A DNA stretch of 64,000 bases from Deltaproteobacteria bacterium (lineage in GTDB: Bacteria > Desulfobacterota_D > UBA1144 > Nemesobacterales > CSP1-2), in NCBI GenBank assembly GCA_052390235.1, contig JBQTHB010000004.1:1-64000 (forward strand), read 5' to 3'. The notes under the pieces were generated by a model. That model ran no database searches. It saw only the letters and a program-made list of their open reading frames with translations, and was not told where the DNA came from. The position numbers and the translations under genes are program-made. Position 1 is the first letter of the stretch. The number at the start of each line of letters is the position of its first letter. Shown here piece after piece: positions 31,892-40,459 of this stretch.

Positions 31892-33638
31892 GAATAAACC
31901 CCTGCTGGCGCTTGCGATTTTCTGGTCTGTGATGTTTGTGATCGCGCCAATGCAAGTGCCAGCGCTGACGGGCGCGCTCATAGATGCCGTAACGGGGAAG
32001 CCGTTCGAGTTGTACGGTTTTGTATATTCGGACGTCTCTGCGAGGGAAGCGCTTAGGTTAATAGTTCTCGGCTTGACGCTCGTAGCTCTCCTCTACGGAT
32101 TGAGCGGCTATATGAGAAAAACCAGCCTCGCCGCTGTGAGCAGGGGCTATGTCGGAGGGCTAACGAAGGGCTTAATTGGGAAAATGGGGGAGATGTCGCT
32201 GGATATTCACGGCAGATTCGGCGCGGGCGAACTTCTAAGCCGTGCGACCTCCGATACGGAAGCCACAAGGCGGTTTATAGAGAGCGTATTTGTAAAATCC
32301 GCAACAAATGCGGCGAGAGTGGCGTATCCCCTGCTTATGCTCATATTAATTGATCCAACGCTCACTCTCCTCGCCGTATCTGTGATACCCGCGCAGTGGA
32401 TAATTACCGAAATCCTCCAAAAAAAGCTCCGTAAGGCGTCAAAATCGGCAAGGGTGGCGAGGTCTAAATTCTCGACTGCCGTCAAGCAAAACCTCGACGC
32501 TATTGAGACCATTAAAACCTCCGGCGCCGAGCGCTATAGCCTCATGAATGTAGTTTGGCGCGCGGACGAGTTTGAGTCCGAAGAGCTTCGGGCAAATAAA
32601 TACACGGCCATGATAACGGGTTCTGTTTGGCTTTCCACGAGCCTGGGGCTTGCGCTTACGTGGTGGCAGGGCGGGATGATGGTTCTCGGCGCAGAGATGA
32701 GCCTTGGAACTCTGGTCGAGTTCACGGGGTTTGCGGCTTTTATTTATATGCCGATGCGCAGGTTTACAAATATTCTCAGTGTATATCACAAAGGGGTCGT
32801 AGCCTTGGAGCGAATACAGGAGATTCTGGAAATGGACTCTTCAGTGCGTGATTCTGCCCTAGCCCGCCCGCTCAAGATTACAAACAGTGAAATTGAATTT
32901 AGAGACGTTTCATTCACTTACGGCGGTAGGGATACGCTCAAAAATATTAGTCTCGGCATTAGACCCAGAGGGATAACCGCGATAATAGGCGCTAGCGGTT
33001 CGGGAAAGAGTTCACTTCTCAAATTAATTGCAAGGCTCTACGACCCGTCCGAGGGAGCAGTTTTGATGGACGGGCAGGACATCAAGGCAGTTACTCTTGC
33101 CTCGCTAAGGGAGAAAATTGCATTTGTGCCTCAGAAGCCATTTATTTTCAGCGCTTCTGTGATGGAAAACGTGCGTCTCGCTAAACCAGAGGCGACCGAG
33201 CGCGAGGTAGCCGCCGCGTGTCAAGCCGCCTCCGCCCTTGAATTTATAATGAAACTAGAGCGCGGATTCAACACCACTATTGGAGAGGGGTCCGTAAACC
33301 TCTCAGGCGGGGAGGCGCAGAGAATAGCCATTGCAAGAGCGCTCCTGAGGATGCCGTGGATACTGCTCTTGGATGAACCCACCTCGGCTCTCGACCCGGA
33401 ATCAAGCGCCGCCGTGATGAGAACGCTCAATCTGATTAAACACGACACTACCGTGGTTATCATAGCACACGATATAGCAACTCTGCGCCAAGCCGATAGA
33501 CTTGTCCTAATGGACTGCGGCAGGGTTATCGCCGCTGGAACGCACGCTGAGCTAATGTCAACATCGGCTTACTATCGAAACATTTATTTCAAGGAAAACG
33601 AGGGGACTACAGATGAGAGATTTAGGATTTCATCATAA
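31848..33638 (+). CDS. ABC exporter, fused TMD + NBD (MsbA/MdlB-like)
   Basis: N-terminal TM domain; GASGSGKS, LSGGEAQR, LLDEPTSALD. Confidence 0.93.
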   Translation: MKAKSPIRFAGAHLRNKPLLALAIFWSVMFVIAPMQVPALTGALIDAVTGKPFELYGFVYSDVSAREALRLIVLGLTLVALLYGLSGYMRKTSLAAVSRGYVGGLTKGLIGKMGEMSLDIHGRFGAGELLSRATSDTEATRRFIESVFVKSATNAARVAYPLLMLILIDPTLTLLAVSVIPAQWIITEILQKKLRKASKSARVARSKFSTAVKQNLDAIETIKTSGAERYSLMNVVWRADEFESEELRANKYTAMITGSVWLSTSLGLALTWWQGGMMVLGAEMSLGTLVEFTGFAAFIYMPMRRFTNILSVYHKGVVALERIQEILEMDSSVRDSALARPLKITNSEIEFRDVSFTYGGRDTLKNISLGIRPRGITAIIGASGSGKSSLLKLIARLYDPSEGAVLMDGQDIKAVTLASLREKIAFVPQKPFIFSASVMENVRLAKPEATEREVAAACQAASALEFIMKLERGFNTTIGEGSVNLSGGEAQRIAIARALLRMPWILLLDEPTSALDPESSAAVMRTLNLIKHDTTVVIIAHDIATLRQADRLVLMDCGRVIAAGTHAELMSTSAYYRNIYFKENEGTTDERFRISS

Positions 33639-34923
33639 TCCATCGGCTATGCGGCTCGGTTCGACTATATGCGGATATTCCGAGCTGGGCGCGCCGCTTA
33701 CCGTATTTCATCTCCGTGGAGAAGGGGACTGCCTCAGAGTGTTTATCATTGCCGGTCAGCATGGGGATGAACCCTCAGCAGTGGCGGCGGCATCGCGGTT
33801 TATCGAGGCCGCGGCGCAGGGACTTGCCCCAGAGCTTCAATCCTTTGAAATTGCCGTGCTTTCTAATGCAAACCCCGACGGCTCTGCGCAGAATACACGC
33901 CGCAATGCAAGAGGGGTTGACCTCAACCGCGACCACGAAATTCTATCGAGTAAGGAGACGCTCTCCATTCATAGTTTCGTGCGCTCGTGGAAGCCGCAAG
34001 TTGTCGTTGACCTGCACAACTACCCTCCGAGGAGAAAGCGCCTGCTCGCGCGAAACCTCGTTTATTGCCACGACATATTAATTGATTTCGTTACTAACCC
34101 GGCGGCTTGTTTGGTCAATGCGGATAATTTCACCTCGTCGGTAACCCAGGCTCTAGCCGGATTGGGATACGAAGCCGCAAGGTACGCCCTGGTGAGATCA
34201 TCGGGCGGGGTTAGGCACAGCACCCCAGACGTGGTTGACGCTAGAAACTCCATTGCCCTCCGTTACGGAGTGCCAACGGTCTTAATCGAGGGGAAATCGC
34301 CGAAGCGCAAAGCCAGCCCTGAAACCCAGGAGCGCGCGGTTTCGGCTCAGACCGCCGCTTTATTTGAAGCGCTTAGGCGTATTCGGGAGCTAATTCCGTC
34401 AAAAAATAGCGCCTCCACAGACGATTCTGTCCCGATTCGCTCGCGCTATGTCCGCTCCAGCGAGCCTTGCAGAATGAACTTTCGCATCGCCAAGACCAAC
34501 CGAGTCGAGGAGGTCGCGTTTATCAATTATACTCCGGCACTAAATATCACTAAGACAGTTTGCCCCCCCTTGGCTTACGCTGTGCCGGAGGGAAAAATTG
34601 AAGCGCTCGAGACGCTTGGGAGGCATGGATTTTCATGTTTCTATCTCCCCTCTCTGAGCGGGCTAAGGGTTGAGGGCTATTTTATTGAATCCGTAAACAA
34701 CTCTGCTCGTCCACGCCGTTCTCCGAGGAGCGTTTCTGTCTCAAAGAGAGAGTTATGCCACTCAAACGGAGGGTTCTTCATTTTTCCCGCCGATGGACAC
34801 GGCAGGGGCGCTCTTTGCGTATATCTCGAACCTGAGTCCAAATATGGAATACACAGATATAAAAATCTGAATCTGCGGATAGCCGAGGGAGAGATTTATC
34901 CAATTTTGAGGGTTATTGGCTAG
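33613..34923 (+). CDS. M14 family zinc carboxypeptidase-like protein, no signal peptide
   Basis: GQHGDE (HxxE), NPDG, RRNARGVDLNRD, VDLH, LIEG. Confidence 0.85.
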   Translation: MRDLGFHHNPSAMRLGSTICGYSELGAPLTVFHLRGEGDCLRVFIIAGQHGDEPSAVAAASRFIEAAAQGLAPELQSFEIAVLSNANPDGSAQNTRRNARGVDLNRDHEILSSKETLSIHSFVRSWKPQVVVDLHNYPPRRKRLLARNLVYCHDILIDFVTNPAACLVNADNFTSSVTQALAGLGYEAARYALVRSSGGVRHSTPDVVDARNSIALRYGVPTVLIEGKSPKRKASPETQERAVSAQTAALFEALRRIRELIPSKNSASTDDSVPIRSRYVRSSEPCRMNFRIAKTNRVEEVAFINYTPALNITKTVCPPLAYAVPEGKIEALETLGRHGFSCFYLPSLSGLRVEGYFIESVNNSARPRRSPRSVSVSKRELCHSNGGFFIFPADGHGRGALCVYLEPESKYGIHRYKNLNLRIAEGEIYPILRVIG

Positions 34924-34980
34924 ATACTTAACCACCTCTGCGTCAACAGGTCTGAAAAATATCACAATGGAGGCAAGTCC

Positions 34981-35478
34981 ATGGTATCGCGCATATATAA
35001 TAAAATCGCCCGCGCCGCCGCTGGAAAATCCGCCGCCTGTTTGCTAAGCGCGCTGGCTATTTTAGCTGTGCTTCTGCCTATAGTTCAAAATTGGAAAGAG
35101 CGCCCGCAAGACGGTTTCCCGCTTTCATACTATCCTATGTTCTCCGCTGAACGCTCGGGGGGCGAGAAGGTGGTTCGCATAACGGGCTATGATAGCCGAG
35201 GTGAACAAATCGTTATCCACTACGGGTACGCCGGCACCGGGGGCTTAAATCAGGTGCGCCGACAGATACGCAAAACCGTGAGAGAGGGCAGAGCCGAAGA
35301 GCTTTGCGTCGCAGTGAGTCGCAACTTAGCCGCATCCCCCAAAAAGCACTATGCCAGATTAGAGACGATTCAAATTGTAACCTCGGAGTACCGCTTCGAT
35401 GATTTCTTCGCTGGAAATAAGACTCCGGTATCCGAGAAAATTCACGCCGTTTGTGCGGCTAAGAGGGACTCAATATGA
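34981..35478 (+). CDS. Hypothetical membrane-anchored protein, probable HTTM partner
   Basis: One N-terminal TM helix then FPLSYYPMFS; ATGA overlap with the next gene. Confidence 0.65.
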   Translation: MVSRIYNKIARAAAGKSAACLLSALAILAVLLPIVQNWKERPQDGFPLSYYPMFSAERSGGEKVVRITGYDSRGEQIVIHYGYAGTGGLNQVRRQIRKTVREGRAEELCVAVSRNLAASPKKHYARLETIQIVTSEYRFDDFFAGNKTPVSEKIHAVCAAKRDSI

Positions 35479-36797
35479 AAATCATCGCTCAAGCCCTCGA
35501 TAGATTCTGGTTCATCCCCGCGCCGCCGGAGAGAATAGCGCTTCTTCGGATTTTTATAGGTGCGTACGGACTTGCGTATTTGCTCCCCCGCTATGAAATG
35601 TTTATGGAAATTGCCGCCTCCGATTCTCTGCTCTTCAGTCCGGTGGGAGCGGCGAGGATTCTTGAAAATCCGATGTCGGCATGGCTGTTTCAATTTCTGC
35701 TCATATTTATGCTGGCGATGAACGTTTGTTTTATGCTCGGATGGAAGCGCCGATACACAGGGCCTATATTCGGGGTTCTGCTCCTTTGGGTTCTGTCTTA
35801 TAGGAACTCGTGGTCTATGATTTATCACAGCGATAATCTGCTGGTTTTTCACGTCCTGATTCTCGGATTTACCCGCTCTGCTGACGCGCTGTCGCTGGAT
35901 TCAGCTTTTGGCGGGCATAGATCGGCTGAAAATGAGGCATCAAGCGCGCATTGGCGCTACAATTGGCCCATTCTTCTGATTTGCTCTATCACTCTAGTGG
36001 CTTATTTTCTTGCCGGATTCGCGAAGGTAATGGGACCTCTCGGATGGGCTTGGGCTTCGGGCGAGTCCCTTATGTCTCAGGTTGCGGTTGACGTTATAAG
36101 AAAAGAGGCGTTGGGAAGCTCCGCTCCCGAATCCATCTTTATACTCTACGGAGAGCTTTGGCTCTTTACCGCTCTGGGGGTAGGGACGCTTCTGCTCGAA
36201 CTCGGCACTCCTGCGGCGATATTGCACAGGCGGCTCGGCTCGATTTGGGCGCTCAGCGCGTTTCTCATGCACTGGGGGATTTTTTTCATTATGGAGATAA
36301 AGTTCAGGTATCAACTCACTGGGGTGGCGTTTCTGTCGTTCTTCGCCTTGGAGAGCGCCTTGTATAGACTCGGACTGCTGGAAAAAGGCGCTATCTGCGC
36401 GGGCGATAACACCCTACTTTTCGATGGAGAATGTACCTTCTGCAACGGCGTCGTGCGCTTTATTATCCAAAGGGATGCGCGTGGACGATTTAAATTCGCA
36501 TCTCTGCAGTCAGAGCGCGCTCGGCAGATTCTTCGCCCGTTTGGCTTGGGCGAATGCGGTCTTGAAACTATGGTTCTAATTGAGAACGGCAGGCTCTACA
36601 CGAAAAGCGACGCCGCCCTGAGAGTGGCAAGGGAGCTTTCGGGGCTTTATCCGCTGATTTACCCGCTTATCCTCGCGCCGAAGCCATTGAGGGATTTGCT
36701 CTATTCGTGGTTTGCGAGACGGCGATACAGGTGGTTTGGCAGACAGGAGGTTTGCCCTGTGCCAGATGCGAAATTGAGCGATAGGTTTCTCGACTGA
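35475..36797 (+). CDS. HTTM-like multi-pass membrane protein fused to DCC-family thiol-disulfide oxidoreductase
   Basis: IALLRIFIG, YFLAGFAK...WASGE, LLELG, MHWGI; C-terminal LLFDGECTFCN (DxxCxxC)...FASLQS...RRRYRWFG. Confidence 0.8.
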   Translation: MKIIAQALDRFWFIPAPPERIALLRIFIGAYGLAYLLPRYEMFMEIAASDSLLFSPVGAARILENPMSAWLFQFLLIFMLAMNVCFMLGWKRRYTGPIFGVLLLWVLSYRNSWSMIYHSDNLLVFHVLILGFTRSADALSLDSAFGGHRSAENEASSAHWRYNWPILLICSITLVAYFLAGFAKVMGPLGWAWASGESLMSQVAVDVIRKEALGSSAPESIFILYGELWLFTALGVGTLLLELGTPAAILHRRLGSIWALSAFLMHWGIFFIMEIKFRYQLTGVAFLSFFALESALYRLGLLEKGAICAGDNTLLFDGECTFCNGVVRFIIQRDARGRFKFASLQSERARQILRPFGLGECGLETMVLIENGRLYTKSDAALRVARELSGLYPLIYPLILAPKPLRDLLYSWFARRRYRWFGRQEVCPVPDAKLSDRFLD

Positions 36798-36878
36798 GTT
36801 GTTACGCACCTATATCTCTCGTATTCCGATATTCCTCAATCCCCGGCGAGCGCGCAAGTACGGCTACACCCGGCTGAC

Positions 36879-38216
36879 ATGACCCGATACCTGCTTAAAA
36901 TATTCTCGCTCCTGCTCCTGTGTAGCTCCTCCGGCGCTTCTGAGGATGGGAATATAAATTATCCTATCGAGCCGGCATCCGCTTCCGAATTTGGTTTTTT
37001 CGATGCCGATTCCCCACCTGCGCCAGAATTCGAGGTTTATAGGCATTTGACCTTCGGCGTAAAGGCGGAATTCGAGGTTGAATACGAGACAGAGATTGAC
37101 CGAAACGGCGACATTCTGGACTCTCTCGCTCTTGAAACGGCTCTTTCTGTTGCCTTTGCCTATGACCCGTCGAGGAGTTTCAGGGGGTTTATTGAATTGG
37201 AAATTTCGGGGGACGCCCTTGCCCTCTCGCCGGAGGGAAAAGGGGCGGACGCCAGTTTAGAGATAGAACAGGCGTATCTATATCTGAGTCGAATAGGCGG
37301 CAGTCGTTTTTCATTTCAAATCGGCAGACAGAGATTTAACGACGAACGCGAATGGCTCTACGATAGGGAGCTTGACGCGGCTAGGCTCTATTATGAATAC
37401 TCTGATTTACTGATAGAAATGTCGGCGAGCAGAGAAAACCTCGTTTTAAGAGATATATTCGGGGATACACAAAAGAGCGATTTCTCAAACTACTTAATAC
37501 ACGCAAGGCGCAGGTTCTCAAGCAAATCACAAGCGGCGGGATATGCGATTTTGCGCGATGGCTCTGGCGGCGAAAGCCGGCTATATCTCGGGGTTCAGTC
37601 CCACGGACGGATTCAAAGGGCAATTGAATACTGGCTCGAAGCCGCGCACATGGGCGGCAGCGACGGGACTAGTAAAGCGAGTGGATTTGCCCTCGATGTG
37701 GGCGCTTTGTACAAACCCGATGCGCCGTTTAATCCCTCAGTAACTGTCGGATTCGCTTTCGGCGCCGGCGACGGAGATACTCAAGATGGGGTCAATAAAA
37801 ATTTCAGACAAACTGGTATTCAGGATAATTCCGATAAATTCGCAGGCGTTGTGAATTTCAAATACTACGGCGAATTTCTAAATCCCGAACTGAGCAATCT
37901 CTATATACTTACTCTTGGGATAGGGATAAAGCCGACCAAGAGAAGCTCAATTGATCTCGTATATCACCGCTACCTTCAGCACAAGGCTTCCGACAGGTTT
38001 CGAGGCGCGGGTATTGACCTAAATCCGAGTGGGACGAGCAGAGATATAGGCTCTGCGGTGGATATTATTATCGGCTATGAGGAACTGGACAATACGGATA
38101 TATCGTTGAAATTCGGCTACTTCTCCCCGGGCGAGGCTTTCTCGCCGCACAGCGCCGGCGCGTTTGTCGCCGCTATTGAGCTTCAGTGCGCGCTGCGCAA
38201 ATTATCGCGTCGTTAA
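36879..38216 (+). CDS. Alginate export (AlgE-like) outer-membrane beta-barrel
   Basis: Signal peptide; EQAYL, IGRQRF.DEREWLYD.ELDAAR, G.GD...FRQTG.QDN, YYGE.LNPELSNL. Confidence 0.8.
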   Translation: MTRYLLKIFSLLLLCSSSGASEDGNINYPIEPASASEFGFFDADSPPAPEFEVYRHLTFGVKAEFEVEYETEIDRNGDILDSLALETALSVAFAYDPSRSFRGFIELEISGDALALSPEGKGADASLEIEQAYLYLSRIGGSRFSFQIGRQRFNDEREWLYDRELDAARLYYEYSDLLIEMSASRENLVLRDIFGDTQKSDFSNYLIHARRRFSSKSQAAGYAILRDGSGGESRLYLGVQSHGRIQRAIEYWLEAAHMGGSDGTSKASGFALDVGALYKPDAPFNPSVTVGFAFGAGDGDTQDGVNKNFRQTGIQDNSDKFAGVVNFKYYGEFLNPELSNLYILTLGIGIKPTKRSSIDLVYHRYLQHKASDRFRGAGIDLNPSGTSRDIGSAVDIIIGYEELDNTDISLKFGYFSPGEAFSPHSAGAFVAAIELQCALRKLSRR

Positions 38217-38350
38217 TTTCTCTTTCATCCCCCGTTTATAAGCCCTTAACACTGTGCGGTGAATATTTCCCAATCGGTAGTGAGTTGCATCTCCTAAAAT
38301 TATAGAAGCTAGGGGCAACCGATATAAATTTCACGGAGGAGAGTGTATAT

Positions 38351-39835
38351 ATGAAGCAAAATCTCAGTAGAAGAACTTTTATAAAAACCTCGGCCATCGC
38401 CGCCGGCGGCGTAGCGCTTACGGCATCAACCCTCGACACATTGACTGCTCATACGGCGTGGGCGCAAAATCAGGGAATCGGAGGGCGCGGGCGCAGTCCG
38501 CAGGCAGTGGGCTACGGCGCTTTATTTCCCGCGCGCGACCAGAATAGGGAGGAGATACTAGCTCTTCCGCCCGGCTTTCAGTACATAACCTTCGGCAGGA
38601 CGGGCGAGCTTATGTCTGATGGCACGCGCACGCCGAGAAACCTCGACGGAATGGCGGCTTTTCCGGGACCAAACGGCACAATTCGCCTCATCCGAAACCA
38701 CGAGGTCAGAAACGCTCCCAACGACCTCAGGGGCGCGGTGGGTGGCCCCGCCAATACAAAATACGACCCGCTTGGCGTGGGCGGCACCGTTACACTCGAC
38801 TACGACCCCATCCGACGCAGGCTCGTCAGGGATTTTGTGAGCCTCAACGGCACGATAGTCAACTGCGCCGGGGGGTTCTCGTTTGGCGACTCTGGCTGGA
38901 TAACCTGCGAAGAGACGGTCGCTGGGCCAAATCAGGGCTGGGGTCAGAAGCACGGCTATTCATTTCTGGTTCCCGCTTCTGCTAACTCCGCAGTGTCAGC
39001 ATCGCCGATAACTGCGATGGGGCGGTTTTCTCACGAGGCGTGCGTCGCGGATTTCAATGGCATAGTCTATCAAACCGAGGACGCGGGCTCCGGCAGAGGG
39101 AGCGGCTTTTACCGCTATATCCCCAATAATCCGAACAACCTCCTTGCTGGAGGCAGTCTCCAAATTTTGGCTATAAAGAACATTCCCCAGTACGACACTC
39201 GCGAGGGACAGACCGTCGGGCAGGTTTTCCCAATCGAGTGGGTAGCTATAACCACACCGGATCCAGACCTCGAAAATGGAGCAACGAGCGTGTTCAATCA
39301 GGGATTCGCCCAAGGAGCGGCTTTATTCAACCGCCTTGAAGGGATTTGGCGCGGAGATGACGGCTCGATATTCTTCGTTTCCACAAGCGGCGGCGATGCC
39401 AAATCGGGAGATGTAAACTCCGACGGCTTCAGAGAGGGCTACGGTCAGCTCTGGCATTTCAGGGCGACATCCCAGAGCGCGGGTCTACTCACTCTAGTAT
39501 TTGAATCTTCAAGGCAGAGCGAGCTTGACTCCCCGGACAATATCGTGGTAACGCCTAGAGGAGGAATCTTATTTTGCGAAGACGACGCCGGTGGGAACGA
39601 CGACGACACCCATCCGCTTGCCCCGGGGGTTACTGACGTAAACAGGCTCATCGGGCTTACCCCTAAGGGAGAGCCGTTTGAATTTGCCGTGAACCGTCTG
39701 AGCGATTTTGAGTTTGCGGGGGCTTGCTTCAGCCCGGACGGAAACATACTTTTCGTAAATATCTTCGGCAACGGCGAGCCGAGAAGCGGAATGACCTGCG
39801 CCATAACGGGCCCATGGAGACGAGGCCCGCTGTAA
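38351..39835 (+). CDS. phoX: PhoX-family (DUF839) alkaline phosphatase, Tat-exported
   Basis: SRRTFIK Tat motif; DGMAAF, RNHE, NCAGG, TCEE, MGRFSHEA, EG, PDN, CED, EFAG.CFSPDG. Confidence 0.88.
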   Translation: MKQNLSRRTFIKTSAIAAGGVALTASTLDTLTAHTAWAQNQGIGGRGRSPQAVGYGALFPARDQNREEILALPPGFQYITFGRTGELMSDGTRTPRNLDGMAAFPGPNGTIRLIRNHEVRNAPNDLRGAVGGPANTKYDPLGVGGTVTLDYDPIRRRLVRDFVSLNGTIVNCAGGFSFGDSGWITCEETVAGPNQGWGQKHGYSFLVPASANSAVSASPITAMGRFSHEACVADFNGIVYQTEDAGSGRGSGFYRYIPNNPNNLLAGGSLQILAIKNIPQYDTREGQTVGQVFPIEWVAITTPDPDLENGATSVFNQGFAQGAALFNRLEGIWRGDDGSIFFVSTSGGDAKSGDVNSDGFREGYGQLWHFRATSQSAGLLTLVFESSRQSELDSPDNIVVTPRGGILFCEDDAGGNDDDTHPLAPGVTDVNRLIGLTPKGEPFEFAVNRLSDFEFAGACFSPDGNILFVNIFGNGEPRSGMTCAITGPWRRGPL

Positions 39836-39856
39836 TCGCCGGAAACCTCTAATAAA

Positions 39857-39951
39857 CCCCAAGCTCCGGCATCTGGCGCGGGGCTTGGGGGGTTGAATCC
39901 GTTCATAATATTTGGCAGTGCGAGCAAATTCTCCACTGCCATTTTATTTTT
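39857..39951 (+). terminator. Double hairpin / intrinsic terminator after phoX
   Basis: CCCCAAGCTCCG 39857-39868 / CGGGGCTTGGGG 39879-39890; TGGCAGTG 39913-39920 / CACTGCCA 39934-39941 followed by TTTTATTTTTT. Confidence 0.75.
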
Positions 39952-39966
39952 TCTCTATTTGGGCGG

Positions 39967-40038
39967 TTGACTTGCTTCGGATGTTCGCTATACTCTAAAT
40001 TTAGGTTCATAAAGATATAAATTTAGGCTTGCCAAAAT
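39967..40038 (+). promoter_or_regulatory. Sigma70 promoter with tandem DtxR/MntR-like boxes
   Basis: TTGACT-16-TATACT; TAAATTTAGG repeated at 39996 and 40018; second unit is TTAGG-CTTG-CCAAA. Confidence 0.6.
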
Positions 40039-40060
40039 CCCTAATGAACCTAATCGCCCG

Positions 40061-40399
40061 ATGGATACCCGCGCATCATTATTAGCCCTCCTGCTTTTTC
40101 TCTCGGCGGTCGCCGTGTGCGAGTCTCCGTTTCAGGACGGCGCTTTTCACAGGGACTGTCTCTCGAGCGCGCATTGCCTCTTCTCGGTTTCCTCGGATTC
40201 CCAAAGCTCTCACCTCCCCTATGTCCCCGTCAGCCACTGCCATACCGGCGCCTCATGCCCTCACCATTTCACCAAACTTGACGCCGCAGGCGTATTAATT
40301 CTGCCAAGCGTATCCATCCTAAAAATGTCCATCGGATACGAAGCGCCAGAAAATACTTTAGCAAAGCCTATTTTTAACCCCCCGAGACCCCTCCTCTAG
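40061..40399 (+). CDS. Small His/Cys-rich leader protein (CzcI/DUF2946-like)
   Basis: Hydrophobic N-terminus, HCHTGASCPHH, C-terminal IFNPPRPLL; first ORF before the TolC-family gene. Confidence 0.7.
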   Translation: MDTRASLLALLLFLSAVAVCESPFQDGAFHRDCLSSAHCLFSVSSDSQSSHLPYVPVSHCHTGASCPHHFTKLDAAGVLILPSVSILKMSIGYEAPENTLAKPIFNPPRPLL

Positions 40400-40459
40400 C
40401 CTCTTGGCTGTGCCGTAATCCACACATCTCAGACAAAACCCTATGAGGAGGTACTAGGA

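Noticed and set aside
30369..36878. Search for a RiPP-like precursor peptide near the HTTM/ABC/peptidase genes
   Set aside because: No short ORF with an SD and leader/core pattern in the intergenic gaps
38217..38350. Possible Pho box or sigma54 site upstream of phoX
   Set aside because: Only one TTAACA half-site without a properly spaced repeat; GG-GC spacing is 9 rather than 10
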